Source: Octopus sinensis (taxonomy: Eukaryota). From it: DNA of 64,000 nucleotides. The position numbers and the translations under genes are program-made. The DNA lies in contig NC_043020.1 in NCBI RefSeq assembly GCF_006345805.1, forward strand, positions 20,832,001 through 20,896,000, read 5' to 3'. Under the pieces are notes generated by a model. That model saw only the letters and a list, made by a program, of their open reading frames with translations. It searched no databases and had not been told where the DNA came from. Positions 1 through 12,300 of this stretch are shown here, piece after piece (positions within the stretch are counted from its first letter, which is position 1; each line of letters starts with the position of its first letter).

Positions 1-132
1 TTTCTTCTCATGTCAGAAATACTCACTTTTCCTCGCACCATGAGAGCACAAGCAAGGTAAAGACTGTGTCTGGGGTCAGCTTTTATCAGTTGATGGTCTT
101 TTGAAAATGCATCAGAGAACATTTGGTCAAGA
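1..132 (-). CDS. TUBE1: TUBE1 coding exon, truncated by window start ([43 protein letters not shown]...)
   Basis: Acceptor ctttaacAG at 134-133; phase 2. Near-identical to the epsilon-tubulin [16 protein letters not shown]...[11 protein letters not shown] block. Confidence 0.95.
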
Positions 133-3100
133 CTGTTAAAGAGTAAACAGAAAAAAAGTTGAGAAACAAGATTGTTTTAGATGAATTGATTTCTTCTGAT
201 TGAGTGAAGGTAAATGGATCTTTACTTAACTTGAAGAGATGCGATATAGTGTAAGATTTTAACTCAGAATCTAGAGGGATGAAAATACGAGGGACGTTCA
301 ATAAGTAATACCCCTGACCCACTTGCAGTTATTTGGTCTAGCCGAAATTTCGCATGTGCAATTATTGATATGTCTATAGATTAAGTGGCAAATTACAGCT
401 CTGAACTAATTGTGGTTTCTGATTTACAGGTGTTTGAACTGAGTCAAGTGTAAAATGGAGCCTGTTGAGTGTCGAGCAGTGATCCGGTTTTTGTATTTGA
501 AAGGACGCACACCACGGGAGACTTTTGATGAAATGAAAGTAACTTATGGTGATGATGCCCCATCATATGACCTTGTAAAACGCTGGCATCGTGAAATCAG
601 ACATGGTCGGAACTCCGTAGTAACAGCTCCCAGATCTGGTCGCCCTCTTCTGCCATTGATGAGGCATCTGTCTGTCAAGTTGAGGCTGCCATTTTGGAAG
701 ATCGACGCATAACTATTCGCCAAATAGCCTATGAGGTCAAGATTAGTAACGGGTCTGTGGAAACTATCATTCATGACCATTTGTATATGCAAAAGGTGTC
801 TGCCTGATGGATTTCCAGGTTGCTCACACCTTTCCAGAAGCAAGAACGAGTCGAGTGGTCAAGGATGAATTTGGAGATGTGCCAAGAAGATGAGTCAAAA
901 TTTTTCAAAAGACTGATTACACAGGATGAAACCTGGGTCCATCACTATGATGCAGAGACCAAAGCCCAGTCAATGCAGTGGAAGCACCATGACTCACCTC
1001 CTCCAAAGAAGGCAAAGGTGCAGCCCTCCGCTGGTAAGGTCATGCTCACAGTCTTCTGGGACCAGAACGGAGTAGTGATGACAGATTTCCTGGCAAAGGG
1101 TACGACGATTACAGGAGCCTATTATGCTTCACTTTTGAGGAAATTAAGAGAAGCTATCAAAATCAAGAGGTAGGGCAAGATCAGCAAAGGCATTGTCCTC
1201 CTGCAGGACAACGCTCCGGTCCACAACTCGCGTATCGCCAGATCAGAAGCACAGGCGTGCGGCTATGAACTCATCCTCCATCCCTCCTACTCTCCTGACC
1301 TTGCACCCTCTGATTTTCACCTCTTCCCAGCCATGAAGTTGTTTTTGAAAGGAAAGCGTTTCCCAGATGATGCAGCCTTGATTTCTGAAGTCACGTCGTG
1401 GTTGGAGGACCAAGCTGGGGTCTTCTACAAAAACGGTCTCCAGCGCTGCATCAAACGATGGGAGAAGTGCGTAACTCTGGGTGGTTTCTATGTAGAAAAA
1501 GACTAATAACTGTGCCAAGTTTCGTTGCTCTACTGCTATGGGAAGTGGGTCAGGGGCATTACTTATTGAACGCCCCTCGTAAATACTGTAAAAGTTTTAC
1601 TCAACCATTCTATGACCTCCATATATGCTTTGCTGATGAGGTTTAATAATGCTGAATCAAGTCCTATGTTGTTTCATTTCTATTTTTCTATGAATACTAC
1701 TTCAATTACAGTGAAATTATGCTGTGTTGAAGTTCAATATGACAAAAACATGTCTGGAGTTGTCTTCCCTTACTTGCTGAAGCAATATTATTCAATGATT
1801 ACTATTGATGTTTTTTAACACATCAAAATTTTGTAGTTAGTTTTTTTTTTCTATATTTATTTCATTGAATATATTGTGATGATGGATTTCCATCATGTGA
1901 CAATGAAGATTCATTTATTCGATCAACTGAATAACTTGCTCCTGAATTTGTCCCAACTTCCTGTCCATGGCAAAATCCCAGATTACAACATACATGTGAT
2001 CACAAAAGCACAAATTTCACAACTTGTGAAGTAAGCACAGCACACTGCTTCATGAAGATCACTAGCTCTCACTGCCATCTGTTGGTGCACTACACAACTA
2101 GTCCGGGAACTTTTTGATATCATGTCATATCTAATTTCGCTCACAAGTTATGGGTGATATGAGGCTATAGGAAATGATATATGTCGAAGATATCATGCTG
2201 TAGAATTGAACCCAAGATCTTGTGGTTGCAAAGCAAACTTTTAAACCATTAATCCACACAGTGCTTAGAATGAATATATTTCTTTCTGTTCCTTTGTTAA
2301 TTTTGGCATAAGGCCAGTAATTTTAAGGGGGTGGAGGCAAGTCAGTTACATCCCCCTTTCTCCCAGTGCTCAACTGATCCTTATTTTAGTATCCCTGAAA
2401 GCATGAGGGCAAAGTTGAGCTCAGAAAGGAATGAGTTAGAAGAAATACTACAAAGCATTTTCACTGATTCTCTAACAATTCAACAATGAATATATTAATA
2501 CTAAATTAACAGAATTTATTTTTTCAGTTGCAGGTTTGGGTTGATACTTTCTCTTATACTTGGCTGTCCACTAAACTTTGAACTGTGAAGTGGAAATAAA
2601 GATTTTTCTAACACAAAGTGTGAGATAATTGTTTATCTAAGATCCCATTGCAATAGCTTAAACAAGATTTGAAGTTGTGAGCTTGTGACCATCTAAAACC
2701 TTCATTACACAGTCATTGTGACTCCATAAAAAGAAAAGTTTGCAAGTTACTATCTTTGTCTTATAAGTTACTTGGTGATCCATCTGCTGGTGCCATGTAA
2801 AAAGCACTTAGTCCATTCTATAATGTGGTTGGCATTAGGAAACGCATCCAGCCATAAAAACCATATCAAAACAGACAGTGAAGCCTGGTGAAGTCTTCTG
2901 GCTTGCCAGCTCCTGTCAAACCATCCAACCCAAGCCTGTATGGAAAATGGATGTTAAGTGATGATGACGATGACGATGATGTTACTGGTACTCAATGTGT
3001 TGCTGTGTTACAGTTATGCACACACACACACAAAGCATACATACAAGCATAAAATTATCAAGACAAAAAATGTTTTAACTTACCGACGTGGAGCAATGTT

Positions 3101-3431
3101 GACATCAGCTAATGCATAGAGGGGAGTTTGACTGGCCACGAGGTAATGAAGTTTTGGGTAAGGAACCAGGTTTGTGGCTAATTCATTCAGATCAACATTT
3201 AACAAACCTTCAAACCGAGATGAACTGACAAAAAAAAAGTATAAAACAACAACAATCTACTATCGATATAAGGCCCAAAATTTTGGTTACATCAAACCCA
3301 GTGCTCAGCTGGGGCTTAGTTTATCATCCCTGAAAGGATGAAAAGCAAAGCTGTCCTCAATGGAATTTAAGCTTGCAACATAAAGTCAAACATTTGGTCC
3401 ATTCCAGTGATAATTCTGCCAGCTTGCTGCC

Positions 3432-3471
<40 letters not shown>

Positions 3472-3626
3472 CAATAACAATAATGATAACAATAATAATA
3501 ATAATGATAATAACAATAATAATAATAATAAAGAAAAAAAAGTAATAATAATAATAATAACAATAATAATAATAATAATAATAAAGAAAAAAAAGTAATA
3601 ATAATAACAATAATAATAATAATAAC

Positions 3627-3667
<41 letters not shown>

Positions 3668-3924
3668 TAATAATAACAATAACAATAATAATAACAATAA
3701 TAATAATAAAAGTTTCAAATTTTGCTACAAGGGCAGCAATTTTGGGAGAGGAGATAAGTCAATTACATTGATCTTAGTGTTCAACTGGTACTTAGTCTAT
3801 CGACCCTGAAAGGATGATAAGCAAAAATCGACCACGACAGAATTTGAACTTAGAATGTAGCAGCAGATGAGATAGCACTAAGCATTTCACCCAGCATGCT
3901 AATGATTCTGCCAGCTCACCACTC

Positions 3925-3966
<42 letters not shown>

Positions 3967-6299
3967 CAACAACAACAATAATAACAACAACAATAATTTC
4001 ATTTATTTGCTACAGGGACAAAAGATGAGGGGACAATACAAAGACAGACATAGTGAAGGGGTTTACATATAATGAAATGATAAAAAAAAACGGTGGAAAG
4101 AAAGTATACACAGTATACACTGAAAAAGAAGGGACATGCATAGCATACAAAGGTTAAAAAAAATTTTAAGTGGCAGGGATAGGGATGTGGTCCTCCTGAT
4201 ACAGGAAGGCCTCTAGGGATAATTGAGGAACCCACTGTCCGAGATTTCCCTGAAACCCCAAGAGCAAGTGTCCTCTCCAATTCCTTCTCTCTGACTCACA
4301 GGTCTACACTTTCAAAGTTATCATCCTCTCTTGCCATTTTTGCAACTTTCACCCACCTTTCAATAAACTCATTCAAGGACAGCACTTCCCTCTCCACTCA
4401 ATTGTCTTTTCAAGTGAAACTTGAAGAAGTCAATGAGAGCTGTACCAAAGAGGGGTGTATCTATCTTCATGCCTTTCAACCTTGTCTACCACAGCCACCA
4501 GGCAAAAGAAAACTGCCTTGCTTGCCCGATTGAAGGAGGGTGGCAGTGTGATCATCACTACAGACTTGGCTGACAAACAGACCTCTCCCACATGTGACAG
4601 CAGCTGTTTGACATAACCCCACAAATCAGCAATACCTGGACACTAGACGAGTGCGTGCAGAATAGTTTCGTCACTCTGTCCGCACCTCAAACAAGACTGT
4701 CTGACATCACATCTGTGCCTGTAGAGTTTATCTTGAATTAGGAGCACCCCACCCCAGTAGCACTATTAGGTCAAGGACATCTGGAAATTATCCATGATAG
4801 TTCCTTACCAGAAAGTCTTCTGGAACAGACTAGTCAGTTTGTTCTCGTTGGCGCCCAGAGTCTCCCTGAGAATGTTGTCGCACTTTCCCGCCACTAAACC
4901 TCTATAAATTTCTAAAGTGGAACATCCTCTAATCCCATTGCCCGACTTGTAAAGGCTGTGAGTGCCTGACGACATTCTAGGTGTCAGGCACCCAGTCTCA
5001 GTCTTTTCTTCACCCAAGATTGCAACTTCATCAAGGAGACAAACTGTGGAAAGATGAGCCTCACAAACGGAGCCTAGACATGCTCACCATTCAGAAATCA
5101 TTGCAGGTGGTGTAACCTAAGAGTGTATCTGTGCATTAGGAGCCATGGTATACCTGATGCTGGCAACAGACTGACTATCTGACCATTGGAACGTGTTTCT
5201 TCCACAAGAATTTAAATAAGAGACGCTCCAACCTGGTCAAGCAGTAATTGGGACAAGGCATGATGGTCAGGTGATAAATGATAATGGAGGCAATGTAAGC
5301 ATTTGCCACTTTTGCCTGACCTTTTAGGGAGAGCTTCCTCTCAGTCCATTTCTGGATAACACTGGCCACCCTGTTTGCCACCTCGTCCCAGTTCTTATCT
5401 ACCTGGAGGTTGGGACGAAACCAGACCCTGAGCAGTTTAACTGGTCTGTCGGTCCAGTGACTAATGATGCTATCCAGGAACCCAACCGCAAACCCACTAA
5501 TTTGTCAGCATTGATTTTCGCCCCTCATATTCCTTTAAGATGGCACCAACCGTCTCCACTTCGGAGACATCTGATACCATGACAGTGACATGGTTTGTTT
5601 ACACCAGCACTGCCATTCCTTGTCTCAGTTTGAAATGGATGCCCTTTAGCTGTACCAACTTCTGCAGTAGTGGCTCGAGTGCCAATACGTACAGAAGAGG
5701 TGACAGTGGGCAGCCCTGATGGACCAAGTGTGCGATGCCAAACGGCTCCAATAGGTGGCCGTTTATTTTGACCACTGAACAGGTATTGCAGCAATCCAGA
5801 CTCTGAAAACGGATCCGAAACCACCTGCTTTCAGGATGGCTTCCAAGTAGCGATGGTCAACTCTAATCCTTTCTACTATAGGCAGAAGGCCTGAAATTTT
5901 GGGGAAGGGGACTAGTCAATTATATCAACTCCAGTGTTTCCTTAGTACTTAATTTATCAACCCTGAAAGGATGAAAGGCAAAGTCGACTTTGCACTCAGA
6001 ACACAGTGATGGGCGAAATACCACTAAGTGTGCTAATGATTCTGTCAGCTTGCCACCTTCATAATAATAATATTAATAATAATAATCTTTTCTACTGAAG
6101 GCATAAGGCCTCACATTTGTGGGGAAGGTAATAGTTGATTACATTGACCCCAGTACTCAACTGGCACTTAATTTATTGATCCCGAAGGATGAAAGGCAAA
6201 GTTGACCTTGGTGGAATTTGTACTCAGAATGTAGCAGCAGACGAAATACCGCCAAGCATTTTGTCCAGCATACCAATGATTCTGCCAGCTCGCTGCCTC

Positions 6300-6331
<32 letters not shown>

Positions 6332-9300
6332 GATCAGTAAATATAAAGACTTGCTAATAGAAATTGAAAAATGTGGCATCTCAAAGAGACTACAGTACCA
6401 GTGATTGTAGGATCTCTAGGAATGATAAAAAAAGGTACTGAAACCTATTTGAAAATGATTCCAGGCTTACCATCCCTACAGGAAGTGCAAAAAATCGTGT
6501 TAACTGGAACGACTCATGTACTGAGAAGAACATTATTGCTGTGAAAACAACATCCATTCATGAATTTATATATTTATTAATTTTTTTTAAATACATATTT
6601 TACCTGTGAATTTGCGTGTGTAATCTGGGAATGCATTCAATGAGCTTCTCTGCCCTAGGTGTACGGAAAACACTCGGCGAGAAATGGAAGAAAATTTGAA
6701 GAAAGAAGGAAAGAAAAAAATTATTTGCCACAAGGGTGAAGGATGAGGGCACTGAATAATAATGATAATTATTTCAAATTTTTGCCATGAGGGAATCTCA
6801 GTAGAGGTGGAGATGAGTTGATTACATTGACCCCAGTGTTCAACTGGTACTTATTTTTTCGACCGTGAAAGGATGAAAAGCAAAGACAATCTTGGTTGAA
6901 TTTGAACTCAGAACATAGTGATGGGTGAAATACTGCTAAGCATTTCATCCAGTGCGCTAACAATTCTGCCAGCTTGCCGCCTTAATAATAATAATAATAA
7001 TAATAATAATGATAATAATAATCCTTTCTACTGAAGGCACAAGGCCTGAAATCTTGGGGGAGGGGACTAGTCAATTACATTGACCCCAGTGTTTCACTGT
7101 ACTTATTTTATCGACCCCGAAAATATGAATGGCAAAGTCAACCGTGGTGGAATTTGAACTCAGAACATAAAAGACAGAAGAAATGTCAGTAAGGATCCTG
7201 CTTGGCGTGCTAATGATTCTGCCAGCTCACTACCTAAACAACGATGATGATGACGCAGTCGCCGATGATGATTATTTCATTTATTTGCCACAAGGGCGAA
7301 GGATGAGGGGACTGAATAATAATAATAATAATAAGGAATGATTATATTCTGTCACAGACCAAAGACAGAATCTGTGGGAATGGAAACAAAAATATTTACC
7401 CTCTCCTGAGTGGGTACAATGAGCTAGCACAAAAATAGTATAACTGCAGACACAACTGTGAGGTAGAGGCTGTGATTATAAATAAGAATCACAGGATTTT
7501 ATGGGAATTTACAATAAAGACTGACCATAGTATTGAAACAAGAAGACCAAATATGTTTATAGAGGACAAAAATATAAAAGACGTAAGACCACAGACTTTG
7601 CAATACCATATGATAACAGAGTGGATACCAAAAAAATTGAGAAAATTAAGAACAAATATCATGACCGAGTCAGAGAACTGAGGAGATTGTGGATGGCTGA
7701 GATGACAGTTACTCCAGCAGTAACTGGTGCACTTGGCACAACATCAAAACCACTGCCTAAGTGGTTGAAGGATACTGGAATTAAAACTCGCATACTTGAC
7801 ACACAAAGTGCAATCCTTATCCTACAAGAATCCTATGAAAGATTCTTGAGATTTGAGGAGACTTATCACCAAACCATGACACAACATCCTAACTAACTAA
7901 TATAGCTTGTTATAGCTTTAATAAGTATCCTTTGTATCAAAGTCACAAGGCCTGAAATTTTGTGAGAAGGGGCTAGTTGATTATATTGAACCCAGTGCTC
8001 AACTGGTACTTATTTTATCAACCCCAAAAGGATGAAAGGTAAAGTTGACCTTGGCAGAATTTCAACTCAGAACATAAAGATGGACAAAATTCCACTAAGC
8101 ATTTTGTTTGGTGTGCTATTCATTCTGTTACTTCACTGTCTTCTTAATAATAATAATCCTTTCTACTATTGGCACAAGGCCTGAAATTTGCAGGTAGTAG
8201 TTAGCCAATCACATCGATTCAGGCATAAAGACAGGTGAAATACCGCTAAGCATTTTGCCCAGTATGCTAACAATTCTGTCAGCTCACTGCCTTTAGAATA
8301 ATAATAATAATCCTTTGTACTATAGGTAAAAGGCCTGAAATTTTAGGGGAAAGGACTAGTTATTTTCATCGACCCTAGTGTTTTACTGGTACTTAATTTA
8401 TTGACCATGAAAGGATGAAAGGTAAAGTCAACCTCAGCGGAATTTGAAAATAATAATAATAATAATAATAATAATGATGGTTCAAATTTTGGTACAAGGC
8501 CAGCAATTTTGGAGGAGAGAGTAAGTCGATTATATTCAACCCCAGTGTTCAACAGGTACTTATTTTATCAACCCCAAAAGGATAAAAGGCAAAGAAAGCC
8601 TGCAAGTTTGTTGGAGAAGCTAAGTTTGGGACATAAAAGATGTGATGTTGGCCATTGATGAGATGAACTCAAACTCAGCAATGGGGTCAGATGGATATCT
8701 GACTGTTCTATTAAAGGCATGCAAGAAAGCTCTTGCAAAACCACTACATATACTTTTTCAGAGTTACCTTGCAAGTGGTAAAACTCCCAAATTGTTAAAA
8801 GAAGGTATCATATGCCCTGTCCATAAAGGAGAAAGCAGAGCAGCTGCTAAACATTACAGGCCAATCTCTCTGACTTCACAAGGTCACTGAACGCATTGCA
8901 AAGGGGAGGCTGAAAGAAAATAATTTGCTCACAAACACAACATAGCTTCTGTCTAGGGAGGAGCTACCTCACACATTTACAACATTATGACAAGATACTG
9001 AAACAGCAGCTTAACCACTCAATGTAGATGTGATATATCTTGACTTTGCCGAAGCCTTTGACAAAGTTGATCATAGCATGGTATGTTACAAATTGCATGA
9101 GCTTGGTGTCACTGGAAAACTAGAAGAGTTGCTACATGACTTTTTAAATGGAAGAAGTCAGACAGTTGCAGCCAATGGCACTCTCTTTGGGGAGACATCA
9201 ATTTGCAATGGAATCTCTCAAGGAACTGTCTGGGATCACTACTGTTTGTGGTGGGTTTTTTTTTACTGGTTTCAGCCAGAGGCTGAGGTCATGCTGGAGT

Positions 9301-12300
9301 ACTGCCTTCCAGTGTGTTTGGTTTTTTTTCCTTACTGTGAAGTAGCAAGTTGGACAGAGGTGCTCTTCTTTATGCCTCCTGTCACAATGTGGGTTCATCT
9401 GGTATCTCAGATAAAAATTGTCCAGATGCTCTTTGAAGACCTCTCTCAGACATGCTCTCAGCCACTCTCACCAGCTATGTAGATGATACAAAAGTAGCAT
9501 AGATGGTCAAGGACCCTGATGATATACTGAAACTGTAAAACAACCTGAATGCAATATACAAATGGGCTGACGAAAATAACATGCAGTTCAATGCTGTGAA
9601 TATTCAAGCACTCCACTATTGGCCACAAACAGACTGCAATTGTAATACACAGGACCAGGATAGTGCAATCCCAGAGTCAAAGTCAGTGTGTGACCAGGGA
9701 ATCCACATGAAAAATATGAAGTGATGTACATATGAAAGATCCTGGAAGGGCTAGCTCCCAACCCTGGAACTGAAAACTATATCAATCACCAAACTAGAGA
9801 GGGTTTTTCATTATTTCTAAGGGTTTATCTATATCATTAATCAGGGTTTTATTTATTTGGGTTCATGCAAGTTATCCTAGATATTATGATTTTGTTAATA
9901 TATTTGATTTTGAAGAGTTATTTACCATGTGTATTAATGATTTTAGTTTTGTGAGGGGTTTTAGTAAATTAATATATTTTTTGTAGGTCAAGAAATAGTT
10001 TAATTAAAATTGGAAGTTATAGAATAACAATGGAAGTATAGTACCAAAGATCCCATCTTTTCCATATAGAATAAGGACCCAGTACTGTAACAGCTTGGGT
10101 TTCATGGGTCCACAACTATTTGAGATACTGCTAGACAACCTCAGATATTTGCGAGGTGTAGATATAGAGGTCTTCAATGAGCATCTAGACAATTTTTATC
10201 TGAGGTACCAAATGAACCCACATTGTGGCAGGAGGTACAAAGAAGAGCACCTCTGTCCAACTTGCTACTTCACAGTAAAGAAAAAAACCCAAACACACTG
10301 GAAGGCAGTGCTCCAGCATAGCCTCAACCTCTGGCTGAAACTAGTAAAAAAATAAGAAATATATATAAACACAGAGAGACATATTTTTAGGTATATGTAT
10401 ATGCATGGGGATATTGTTTGCCAATGTACATCAGTCAAAGATGCATCCTTTGGCAAGAAAGCCAATAAAGCATCATAAGCAACAAAAATATTACATTAAA
10501 TAATTATTCTACTTCAGCTACAGAGACATTCCTTTGTTACTCTTGCCACTGATGAATCAAATAAATCAGTGATTGATCCCCTGTTAGAAACTCACCATCA
10601 ATTAGAGTACTGTTCACAAACATTCAGGATATATATGAATAAAAGAGTATGAAATATAAAGATCGTGAATACCTGGTCATGTTAAGTATCAGATTAGCAA
10701 CAATGTTGTTCATTGAGTCAAAAGGTTTTTGTTTGGTTAGCTTGGATAACTTGGTATTGGTTGCACAGATGGCAGTGTTTGGTAGAATTTTACTATTGTA
10801 AGTTCTCTTCCCTGACTTCTCACATGGAACTGCTTGACCAATTTTGTCCACAATATCTACCAAAGCCTGAAATATCCCCAAGTTACAAATTATCACAAAG
10901 ACACTGAAATAAAATATCTCTGACATGATTAAAAAATTTGATGACATGTTATTCCTTGCTCTACTGCTGACATGGTAATATGGAATTATTTCTGGTTTTG
11001 CTATTGTTGTTATTATTATTGTGTTGTTACTGCTGTTGTTTCATTCCAAGGTAGCTCTGATTGCACAGACCTATGACCAAACCATCTCATCTTCTTTCAG
11101 GCAAGTTTAGCCAATGCTCTTTTTTAAGATTGTAGGGTGTTTTGAGAGGTTTGGATGCTGTTTCTAGCAGGTAGAATGACTTCTTGAGAATCCCTTGTCA
11201 TGCAAATAGAGACACTTATATATTGAAATAGGGGAAAAAGTGAGAGAAAGAAAGAGAGAGAGAGAGCCATCAGACAGAGAAAGAGAGAGAAAAATAAAAC
11301 TCCTTGCTCACTTAATTCATAACATACCTGGTTCTCAATTGGCAGAACACAATCAGCTTTGTGTGTCAACTGATGCATGGCTAGGACACTGTTATATGGT
11401 GAGGTGATAACATCATCATCTGCAGAGGGGTACAGGGCATTGACAAATCTGGGTAGAAGAGCAATTGCAACAATGTTATCAACAATATTGTTTTCAGCCA
11501 ACTAATCATAAAGGATGTATAATACTTAAGGGAAACAAAACTAGAATGTTGTAGCATCCATATTTTTCCTTCAACAGCATTAATCACACAAACGAACTGG
11601 TTTCTACTGAAGATAGATCTTAGCTCTTAGTAATGGTTTATTATCTGTTTTACAATATTTGGTACATATATATTCGGTAATTAGATTTGATTATACATAG
11701 TTCCTGGAATACATATCATGCTACCAGAACACTTTTGTAGTCCAAGGCTCCTAGCAGTACTGCACTAGAATGAAAAATGTGGGTGTGGAAAAGTACAGGA
11801 CAAGATGAAAAAAAAAATACTTAAAATATTGCTGCTGAAGTTAGAATTTAAAAACTAAAATAGTAATTAATGCCCTCTTATATTTTCATTTTTACTTAAA
11901 AGTTTAAATTAAAATACTCAAGAAGCTATTTATTTTTGATTTTAGTGAAAAGACTAGTTTACACATTAAAAATTTAATATTACAATTTCTTTATTTAAAA
12001 ACAACATAATAGCAATTTAAGCAAAATTGACAACTATAGCCCCTAAGTATTAAAAAAAAACAATAAAATTAAATAATTTCTGGATTCTGTACTCAGTTTG
12101 TTCTGTAGTTTTCATTTTTTGAAATATTTTCCAAACTGTAAATAGAAAATATTTTGTTGTCTCATAATGCAAACTTTAAAGAAATGAATTCTTTTGGTTC
12201 TTAAAAAATTTTTTTTACTATATTTTACCGTTTTGAATTACATATTCTTTTACTTGTTTCAGTCACTTGACTGTGGACATGCTGGAGTACCGCCTTTAGT

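Larger units (their letters stand above)
5865..8590 (-). repeat. Array of about 8 co-oriented SINE-B copies separated by (AAT)n, interleaved with R4/Dong-like fragments
   Basis: Copies at about 5865-6062, 6088-6298, 6775-6985, 7022-7235, 7940-8146, 8158-8295, 8312-8450 and 8478-8590, all in minus orientation. Confidence 0.85.

Noticed and set aside
1875-1965. GTGATGA...CTGA box C/D snoRNA-like arrangement
   Set aside because: It is on the plus strand, antisense to the host intron, with no terminal stem or recognisable guide.
10665-10672. Donor GTATTC as a possible U12-type intron
   Set aside because: It does not match GTATCCTT, and there is no TCCTTAAC branch site before the acceptor at 3225.
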